Positions 37,034 to 43,318 of a DNA stretch of 52,106 bases are shown here, piece by piece (the stretch's first letter is position 1; each line of letters begins with the position of its first letter). Source of the stretch: an uncultured Candidatus Saccharibacteria bacterium (GTDB taxonomy: Bacteria > Patescibacteriota > Saccharimonadia > Saccharimonadales > CAZDBS01); the NCBI GenBank assembly GCA_964635445.1, contig CAZWNK010000002.1, positions 1 through 52,106 on the forward strand, given 5' to 3'. The notes under the pieces are model-generated. The model was not told where the DNA came from, searched no databases, and worked only from the letters and a program-made list of their open reading frames with translations. Position numbers and translations under genes: made by a program.

Positions 37034-38404
37034 ATGCAACAAGCTAGTTCGATCAAATTGTGGACAGAGCGATATGGCGGATGGCTACTCGTCGCGCTGC
37101 TCTGTGCTATTCCAGTCGTGCGGTGGTGGGGGATCGGGAGTGTGCATCTTGGGTCAGGAGCTGATATATTTCTCGCCCTCGGACGTGGGCTTGGTCTCGT
37201 AGGATTGATGCTGTATGCACTCAATTTTGTGCTTATGACGCGCTGGAAATGGCTAGAAAATCTATTCGGTGGTCTAAACAAGGTGTATATTGCACATCAC
37301 ATTACGGGAGGTCTCGCGCTAATATTCGTCCTCTTCCATCCACTCCTGCTAGCGCTGAATCTGGTAGATATCAAAGTAGTCGCTACCTTTCATGATGCGA
37401 TGACTTTTTTGTTGCCGAGAGGAGTACATCTAGAAGGATACCTCACAACATTTCGCCAGGACTCAGCCATCAATAATGGTCTCCTCGCATATATTGGAAT
37501 GGTGTTGCTTTTGATCATCACGTTTTTTGTGAAATTACCGTATCAACTCTGGCTGTTTACACATAAATTTCTGGGCGTCGCATTTTTGCTCGCTGGGCTT
37601 CATATATTTTTGGTTAGCTCCGATGTATCGCGTGATCATTTTCTCAAATATTACCTCCTCACATGGGTAATCATAGGCTTGCTGTGCTATATCTATCGAA
37701 CACTAATGGGTAATGTTTTCGTGAGGAGAGCAACGTATACTCTCGAAAATACTGAGCAGCAACCGGGTGGCGTTATAGCTTTGCAATTAAGCCCTGATAC
37801 TAAGCCCATCGCATTTAAGCCGGGGCAATTTGTCTTCATAAGGTTTATAAACGTCAAGGGCTTGAAAGCCGAATCGCATCCATTTTCTATCACATCATCA
37901 CCCGACAACCAGCATCTGTGGCTCAGTATCAAAGCGCTCGGCGATTTTACCAATAAACTTGCACGCATTCCAAAAGGAGCGAAGGCAGAGGTCGAAGGGG
38001 CCTTTGGAAGGTTTAGCTATACGCGATTTAACAAGCCGCAGATATGGATTGCGGGTGGGATAGGAATTACGCCGTTTCTAAGTATGGCCCAGACTCTGGA
38101 TACCAAGACACCACCTATCGATCTTGTGTATAGTGCGGCGACAAGGTCAGAATTAATCGAGCAACATGCGCTAGGTACAGTGATACCACAGCAAGTTTCC
38201 AATTTTCGTTACCAGGCATATGTAACGGATGAAATGTCGGGCTTTTTGACAGCAGACTGGATAATCGAGCATTGTGGTGGCGTCGAGGGCAAGGAGATCT
38301 TTATCTGTGGACCGCCAGGGATGATGCGAGCGCTTCGACAGCAACTCCGGGCCAAAGGCGTCCATAAATATAACATTCATACTGAGGAGTTTGATCTGCA
38401 ATGA
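37034..38404 (+). CDS. NOX/FRE-type flavocytochrome: 6-TM bis-heme ferric-reductase domain fused to FAD/NAD(P)H-binding FNR-like domain
   Basis: His pairs 13 residues apart in two TM helices (HHITGGLALIFVLFH; HKFLGVAFLLAGLH). FAD motif HPFSITS. NAD(P)H motifs GGIGITPFLSM and CGPPGMM. Confidence 0.8.
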   Translation: MQQASSIKLWTERYGGWLLVALLCAIPVVRWWGIGSVHLGSGADIFLALGRGLGLVGLMLYALNFVLMTRWKWLENLFGGLNKVYIAHHITGGLALIFVLFHPLLLALNLVDIKVVATFHDAMTFLLPRGVHLEGYLTTFRQDSAINNGLLAYIGMVLLLIITFFVKLPYQLWLFTHKFLGVAFLLAGLHIFLVSSDVSRDHFLKYYLLTWVIIGLLCYIYRTLMGNVFVRRATYTLENTEQQPGGVIALQLSPDTKPIAFKPGQFVFIRFINVKGLKAESHPFSITSSPDNQHLWLSIKALGDFTNKLARIPKGAKAEVEGAFGRFSYTRFNKPQIWIAGGIGITPFLSMAQTLDTKTPPIDLVYSAATRSELIEQHALGTVIPQQVSNFRYQAYVTDEMSGFLTADWIIEHCGGVEGKEIFICGPPGMMRALRQQLRAKGVHKYNIHTEEFDLQ

Positions 38405-38958
38405 GACTAAAACGATCTGTTTTGATGGCTCTTTTGTTATCGGGCACGGTGGTAGTGTTGATATTTGTACTGGGCGTATTTGGTAACAATAGTTCGTCCC
38501 AGTCGTCTACATCAGACACAAGCCAGACCACATCGCAGAGTGAATCGTCATCACAACCACCTAATACTCAGACTCCCGCACCCTCTAGTACGCCGCCATC
38601 AGCGACGCAGCCTACTTCGTCAGGATCGGCAACGACACCCACGGCCTCTAGTCCAACCACAAGTACTCCAGTATCTTCAGTCGCGTGTGGCAAAAGCAAT
38701 GGTCCCTGCACGACGTCACAAATAGCGACACACAACTCCGCATCAGATTGCTGGATTATATATAACGGCTACTACTACAACATCACGCCGTACGCACTCC
38801 AGCATCCAGGAGGAGCGGCGGTGTTCAACTCCACAACGTGCGGCCACGACATCTCGGCATATCTGTCTGGCGCCAAGTCAGCCGCAGGACAGCGTCATCG
38901 TCATTCTCTGGATGCTTACGATACACTTCCGTTTTACCGCGTCGGTCCAGTTCAGTAG
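38401..38958 (+). CDS. Signal-anchored Ser/Thr/Pro-linker protein with C-terminal cytochrome b5-like heme-binding domain
   Basis: MRLKR + TM VLMALLLSGTVVVLIFVLGVFG, a low-complexity S/T/P linker of about 70 aa, then CWIIYNGYYYNITPYALQHPGG...RHSLDAYD. ATGA overlap with the upstream gene. Confidence 0.75.
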   Translation: MRLKRSVLMALLLSGTVVVLIFVLGVFGNNSSSQSSTSDTSQTTSQSESSSQPPNTQTPAPSSTPPSATQPTSSGSATTPTASSPTTSTPVSSVACGKSNGPCTTSQIATHNSASDCWIIYNGYYYNITPYALQHPGGAAVFNSTTCGHDISAYLSGAKSAAGQRHRHSLDAYDTLPFYRVGPVQ

Positions 38959-39151
38959 TCGATTCCGTCATATTGAAAAGTAGTAAGAAATCTAATAGTG
39001 ATTGCTTGACAGAGCGACTATGCTGCTAGTGCTAACAAGAGGGAGGGTAGCATGACATAGATCGTATAGAACCAATCTGATTCTTAGCACATGAATGTTT
39101 TGATAAAAACGACCACAAATGCATAAAGTAGTAAAAGGGAAAGGTTTGTAT

Positions 39152-39367
39152 ATGACGAAAGTTATCAGATGCACCCCGCGATCATCGTCACGATCACAAT
39201 ACTTGAACTCTCTTTTGAGTGGTCAGGATTGTGATCCGCACGGTGTCACGTTAGTTCGATCGATTTCTGCGGAAGAAAAGGTTTGTTTTGAATCCGAAGC
39301 CTCACTCGATGATCCGTTGTTCCAGATCTCAGTTGCTCATCCTGATGCTATCGAACCCGCTCTCTAA
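39152..39367 (+). CDS. Doubtful small ORF (71 aa from MTKVIRC...)
   Basis: The only ORF longer than 60 aa on this strand in the ORF-poor region. Weak AAAGG SD, no recognisable motif. Contains a 9-bp inverted repeat (GATCACAAT / ATTGTGATC). Confidence 0.2.
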   Translation: MTKVIRCTPRSSSRSQYLNSLLSGQDCDPHGVTLVRSISAEEKVCFESEASLDDPLFQISVAHPDAIEPAL

Positions 39368-39434
39368 CAAACCTATTGGTAAGTAACGTTGACGGGAGAT
39401 ACATGTGTGGACTAATCATTATAAAGGAGGATAT

Positions 39435-39512
39435 ATGGACGAGAATAATAAAGATGCCAAGAAAAACAAGAAGCAAGGCCACGAAGGCGAGCAAGGTAGC
39501 CAAGAACGGTAA
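39435..39512 (+). CDS. Candidate 25-aa highly charged micro-ORF (MDENNKDAKKNKKQGHEGEQGSQER)
   Basis: Strong SD AAAGGAGG 4 nt upstream of the ATG. Followed by a stem-loop at 39535-39560. Too short for the ORF track. Confidence 0.3.
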   Translation: MDENNKDAKKNKKQGHEGEQGSQER

Positions 39513-39534
39513 CTTGCTTGAGTTACATCTTCTG

Positions 39535-39599
39535 AACAGCCCCGTGAAAGCGGGGTTGTTCTTCGGGTATAAAATAACACCCCGTTTCCGAGGTGTTAT
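39535..39599. terminator. Two adjacent stem-loops between convergent small ORFs (likely bidirectional termination region)
   Basis: AACAGCCCCG-tgaaag-CGGGGTTGTT (39535-39560) and ATAACACC-10 nt-GGTGTTAT (39574-39599). On the minus strand the second is followed by TTTATAC. Confidence 0.45.
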
Positions 39600-39624
39600 C
39601 TAGTCGATAGCCGATGTATCGATG

Positions 39625-39777
39625 TTAAAAGTCTATTTCAAAACGGTTTTTGTGATAACGCGAAACCCGTTTTCCCATTTTGCGGGCCCATTTTGTGGCG
39701 AGCCGATCGTAGAGCTCGTCGAGCTCTTCTTCGGATCGAGGTTTGATATAAAATTGTAGGTGTTTTTGCCTTGGCAT
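39625..39777 (-). CDS. 50-aa basic protein, possibly ribbon-helix-helix-like (MPRQKHLQFYIKPRSEEELDELYDRLATKWARKMGKRVSRYHKNRFEIDF)
   Basis: Translated by hand from the minus strand. SD GGGAGGGG 4 nt upstream of the ATG (39775-39777), TAA at 39625-39627, stem-loop plus T-rich tract downstream. Absent from the track (under 60 aa). The track ORF 39633..39827 is in another frame. Confidence 0.5.
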   Translation of the reverse strand: MPRQKHLQFYIKPRSEEELDELYDRLATKWARKMGKRVSRYHKNRFEIDF

Positions 39778-40007
39778 ATGTCCCCTCCCTTAAAACTACT
39801 ATGCCCTAACACTTTAGCAACCCACACTTAAAGTAGACTGTATGATATTTAACATAAGCGATCTAAATAGTTGTAATTTATCCCGTAAGAATTTTCATAG
39901 CTGGTCTCGAGAGAGGGAGGTAGAGTTTGCTGTGGTTTTGTAGTAGCAAAAACGAAGATTAACTTCGGTAATATTGCTACAATAGTGAAGAAGAATGGAA
40001 GTAAAAT

Positions 40008-41093
40008 ATGCAGACTAACTCTTTACCAAAAGAGATTAAGACAATAGCTATCTTTCGCGCAAATGCTCTTGGGGATTTCATCTTTTCGACGCCCATGATT
40101 CGTGCAATTCGTGCGCATTTCCCCAAGGCCAAGATCACATATATCGGTATGGATGGACACAAAAGTCTCATAGAGAGCCGATATCCAGAAATCGATGAAG
40201 TACTTACTTTGCCTCAAGTTAGTGAGACAGAATACATAAGCTCCAAAGATTGGCAGAGCGTGCATGATTTTGCCAAGTCGCTCAAAGGCAAATTTGATGT
40301 CTTCTTGCAAGTTCACGATGGGAGTCTGGAGGCCAATACATTTGCACGAAATGCTGCGGCGGCCTATACGATCGCGTTTAGTGATCGTCCTGATGAAAAT
40401 TTCGATGTTGTACTGCCAATGACGTCGTATATACATGAGGTCAATAGGCATCTTGAGGTTGCGCGTCTACTCGGTGCGCCTGTTGTTGAGTACGAACCTA
40501 CCATGAAGCACCTCGACACTGACTGGAGTGATTTGGAGCGGCACTTTGATGTTGATGATCGACCGATCGTTATTTTGCACCCGGGGGCAGGAGATCCGAG
40601 ACGTCGCTGGCCGGCAGCAAACTTCGCTTCGGTTGGTGATTGGTTGGCTGAGCATGGGTATAGAGTCGTTATTACGGGTACACGAGAGGAGATTGGTCTT
40701 GCAGAAGATGTACTTGGTCTCATGAAGCACGACGCGTCTTGTACGGCGGGGAGGTTGTCGCTTGCGGCACTCATAGCACTGATGTCTGTAGCGAAACTGT
40801 TCATATCAAACGACACAGGACCACTTCACATCGCACGTGCTATTGGCCTGCCGACTATAGGAATTTATTCGCCAGCGTTTATCCTCCATGCTGGACCTAT
40901 GTCAGTTCATACGAATCGCGTGCTTGTGTCATGTGTGACGAAGTGCCCAAAATGTGAGATGGATTTGATGTGCAACCCGTGGGATCGATATGGCGAGGAG
41001 CCCTCAAAAGGGACGTGTACACATGATCAGTCATTGGTTGATGACGTGAAGGCTGAGGATTGTATTGAACTGATTCAGTCGATGCTCAAATGA
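40008..41093 (+). CDS. Glycosyltransferase family 9 (heptosyltransferase-like) with Cys-rich C-terminal segment
   Basis: IAIFRANALGDFIFSTPMIRAIR, ILHPGAGDPRRRWP, SNDTGPLHIARA. C-terminal CVTKCPKCEMDLMC...C. TGcTACAAT at 39975-39983. Confidence 0.8.
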   Translation: MQTNSLPKEIKTIAIFRANALGDFIFSTPMIRAIRAHFPKAKITYIGMDGHKSLIESRYPEIDEVLTLPQVSETEYISSKDWQSVHDFAKSLKGKFDVFLQVHDGSLEANTFARNAAAAYTIAFSDRPDENFDVVLPMTSYIHEVNRHLEVARLLGAPVVEYEPTMKHLDTDWSDLERHFDVDDRPIVILHPGAGDPRRRWPAANFASVGDWLAEHGYRVVITGTREEIGLAEDVLGLMKHDASCTAGRLSLAALIALMSVAKLFISNDTGPLHIARAIGLPTIGIYSPAFILHAGPMSVHTNRVLVSCVTKCPKCEMDLMCNPWDRYGEEPSKGTCTHDQSLVDDVKAEDCIELIQSMLK

Positions 41094-41713
41094 TCCTTCA
41101 TCTTGTCTGTAAAAACGGTGAAATGCCATTTGTCATAGTAAATAAGCTTTGCGTCTTTGAGCTTTTTTAGCTCGACCGCAGCCGTTTCGCGCGTGAGACC
41201 GAGGAGATTGGCGATGTCTTGATGCGTCAAAGGCAGTGAGATTTCTGCGACGCCGGGAGGCGAGTTCTTTTTGAATCTATTGGCTATGAAATACAGAGTA
41301 TGGGCTATCTTGTCGCTTGCTTTGGGGCGCTCCGCGGCATTGAGCCGATGCAGGGAGTCGTAAAAGGTTGAGGTGAGACGGCGGGTGAGCTCCATAAGGG
41401 GAGTTGGGTTGTTGCTCAAGTACTGGATAAGATCATCGGGTTTCATGGCGTATGCTTCAACATCGCTAAAGGCGCTGTAGAAAAACTGCGATTCCTCGAT
41501 TTGTCCAAACATATAGCCAAGCGGAAAGATGTCCATGCGTGAACCAAACCATAGGAGCTGCTCCATGCCTTGATCGTTGATATCGTAGCCTTTTACAAAT
41601 CCACTCTTGATGGCATACACAGTCGTCGGAGCGTCCCCCTGGCACACAATCAGTTGGTTCTTCTCGAACTTCTTTACTGGGAACGTAGAAATATAAGCTG
41701 CTAATTTCTGCAT
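41075..41713 (-). CDS. Crp/Fnr-family transcriptional regulator
   Basis: N-terminal cNMP-binding beta-barrel pattern. C-terminal HTH THQDIANLLGLTRETAAVELKKL. Confidence 0.88.
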   Translation of the reverse strand: MQKLAAYISTFPVKKFEKNQLIVCQGDAPTTVYAIKSGFVKGYDINDQGMEQLLWFGSRMDIFPLGYMFGQIEESQFFYSAFSDVEAYAMKPDDLIQYLSNNPTPLMELTRRLTSTFYDSLHRLNAAERPKASDKIAHTLYFIANRFKKNSPPGVAEISLPLTHQDIANLLGLTRETAAVELKKLKDAKLIYYDKWHFTVFTDKMKDHLSID

Positions 41714-41802
41714 CGTACCCCTAGTCTACAGATTTAAACTCGGCTGCTAGTAAGATATTTTATACCTCATGCTACAACATAGAGAAGTTGATGACTATTG
41801 AG

Positions 41803-41848
41803 ACAAAAAAGAACCTCGCCGGTCTGCTGTACAGCAGATTGGGCGAGG
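41803..41848 (-). terminator. 35-nt near-perfect palindrome + T-tract (minus strand), intrinsic-terminator-like, upstream of the crp-family gene
   Basis: CCTCGCC-gg-TCTGCTG-ta-CAGCAGA-tt-GGCGAGG (41814-41848). On the minus strand it is followed by TTCTTTTTTG. Confidence 0.55.
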
Positions 41849-41861
41849 CGTGTATGAAACA

Positions 41862-41890
41862 ATCTTAGAGCGGCAAAGTGCTTTTGTCAA
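41862..41890 (-). promoter_or_regulatory. Near-consensus sigma70 promoter on the minus strand (TTGACA-17-TAAGAT) firing into the palindrome
   Basis: TTGACA is the reverse complement of 41885-41890. TAAGAT is the reverse complement of 41862-41867. The spacer is exactly 17 nt. Confidence 0.5.
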
Positions 41891-41923
41891 GCGAGCGATT
41901 GACCACTTTGCTATACTCACAGC

Positions 41924-42544
41924 ATGAAAACAGTGGTGTTCGTCGATGGGGAGAACTTCCAGAAGAAGGTCAAACAAGTATATCGCATGAAGCGAACAGC
42001 TTGGGATGACCACGCCTTCGGTAACATCAAATTAAAAAAACTACTCCACGAGATGTTACCCGATCTCAAAATCGATGAGATTCGTTATTATGTCGCCAAG
42101 CTCCATGTCTATAAAGAGACAAAAGAGAAGAGTGAAGATCTTGTGGCTCTCCAGCGAGCACTCAAAAGTAATCTCGAAACTCAGAAAGTGAATTTTGTGA
42201 CGAGCGGTAATGTTCGCATGTTTGCCGCCGGCAAAGACGTTGATCCCGTATTCAAAGAGAAGGGTGTCGATGTTCGGATGGCTGTCGATATGATCAGTCT
42301 GGCAGCAGACAAGAAACTGAAAACTGCCGTGATATGTAGTTCTGACTCAGATATGCAGCCGGTCATCACTGAATTGAAACGCCGCAAAGTACATACTGTC
42401 TACCTAGGTTTTCAAGCACAGCCGAACAAAGGTCTCGTATTTACATGTGACGAGACAATTTTGCTTCGCAACAACGAATTGCCACCGTATATCCAACCCA
42501 AACCGAAACTCAAAGTCGAACGATATGATGAGGAGAAGAAATGA
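41924..42544 (+). CDS. NYN-domain (LabA/DUF88-like) putative RNase
   Basis: VVFVDGENF, GVDVRMAVDM, ICSSDSDMQPVI. TGcTATACT ends 6 nt before the ATG. Confidence 0.8.
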   Translation: MKTVVFVDGENFQKKVKQVYRMKRTAWDDHAFGNIKLKKLLHEMLPDLKIDEIRYYVAKLHVYKETKEKSEDLVALQRALKSNLETQKVNFVTSGNVRMFAAGKDVDPVFKEKGVDVRMAVDMISLAADKKLKTAVICSSDSDMQPVITELKRRKVHTVYLGFQAQPNKGLVFTCDETILLRNNELPPYIQPKPKLKVERYDEEKK

Positions 42545-42586
42545 AAACAGACAAGATTATCTTAGCAGCTGGTTGTTTCTGGGGTG
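42541..42586 (+). pseudogene. msrA: Orphan first copy of the msrA 5' end ([15 protein letters not shown]), ATGA-coupled to the NYN gene
   Basis: 46 nt matching the start of the msrA body at 42791 with 7 mismatches. The reading frame then runs into unrelated sequence (track ORF 42541..42801). Confidence 0.7.
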
Positions 42587-42790
42587 ACCGGCGCTTCGCT
42601 TATGAGACAAAACTACGTTTTTTCTATAGCTTCACGCCAGGAAAATCTTGTTTCTTAGAGGATTTATTTTCTTGGGTTCTGCATATAATCTCACTAAACG
42701 TTCCATTATCATCGACAACTATCGGAATGAATCCGATTTCGCTTTGCGAACCGTTGTCTGCTCTTTTTCCTGAAATAGTCGGAGACGATA

Positions 42791-43276
42791 ATGAAGACTG
42801 AAAGTATTATCTTAGCAGCAGGCTGTTTCTGGGGGTGTGCAGTATTATTTTGATCAGGTTCCGGGTGTCGTACGTACGGTCGTTGGTTATACAGGGGGTC
42901 ATACTGAAAATCCTACATATGAACAAGTTTGTGCTCACGGTACAGGTCATGCCGAGGCAGTTGAAGTGACGTTTGATCCTGAAAAAGTTACACTCCAGAC
43001 GCTCCTCAAACAGTTTTTCTACATGCACGATCCGACCCAAGTTGACGGGCAAGGGCCGGATATCGGAGATAACTACCGATCGGCTGTTTTCTACTTCGAT
43101 GATGCACAGAAAGAAGTGGCCGAAAGTATAAAATCTGATTCCAAAAAGATCACGACAAGCCTATTGTCACAGAAATAACCAAAGCTACGACTTTTTGGCC
43201 CGCTGAGGAGTATCATCAGAAATTTACTGAGCGGACTGGAAAAGGGATGTGTCACACGCAGTATAAGACGATGTAG
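42791..43276 (+). pseudogene. msrA: Peptide methionine sulfoxide reductase MsrA, interrupted by two 1-nt frameshifts
   Basis: [15 protein letters not shown] | [42 protein letters not shown]...SDSKK | [26 protein letters not shown]. Frame 2 to 3 at the G5 run 42831-42835. Frame 3 to 2 at the A5 run 43143-43147. Confidence 0.85.
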
Positions 43277-43279
43277 GTA

Positions 43280-43309
43280 TTGACTAGAGTCATAAGAAAA
43301 TTGTATAAT
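43280..43309 (+). promoter_or_regulatory. Near-consensus promoter TTGACT-18-TATAAT, -10 ends 9 nt before the ATG
   Basis: TTGACT 43280-43285, TATAAT 43304-43309, ATG 43319. No SD in between. Confidence 0.55.
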
Positions 43310-43318
43310 ATACATATT

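Noticed and set aside
38401-38404. Alternative genetic code (UGA recoding, as in some CPR lineages)
   Set aside because: TGA terminates well-conserved proteins at their expected lengths (nrdJ, uppS, serS, the NOX-like gene) and takes part in ATGA/TGATG start-stop overlaps. No conserved protein needs read-through of TGA.
38959-40007. Known housekeeping ncRNAs (tmRNA, RNase P RNA, SRP/4.5S RNA, 6S RNA) in the ORF-poor region
   Set aside because: I could not find the signature strings: the RNase P AGGAAAGUCC-type P4 element, the SRP GGAA-tetraloop/AGCAGC domain IV, or the tmRNA tRNA-like end with a TTCGA T-loop and CCA context. This is only an eye scan, so a covariance-model search is still needed.
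41795-42013. 72-aa minus-strand ORF across the crp/NYN intergenic region
   Set aside because: It spans the palindromic terminator and the NYN start, has no SD and has a Cys/Leu-rich nonsense composition. The promoter and terminator reading of this DNA is better supported.
42587-42790. MITE, IS remnant or tRNA-like element as the identity of the 204-nt insert in msrA
   Set aside because: There are no terminal inverted repeats, no short exact target-site duplication, no T-arm or D-arm motifs, and no ORF with a start codon in any frame on either strand.
42541-42837. Diversity-generating retroelement (TR/VR pair) as an explanation for the two diverged msrA starts
   Set aside because: The mismatches are not adenine-specific (A>G, A>T, C>A, G>T, T>A and T>C are all seen). 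No reverse transcriptase is in the window. The repeat covers a conserved catalytic N-terminus rather than a variable C-terminal ligand-binding region.
42807-43052. 81-aa minus-strand ORF inside msrA
   Set aside because: It is antisense to the clearly recognisable MsrA catalytic core and has no independent support.
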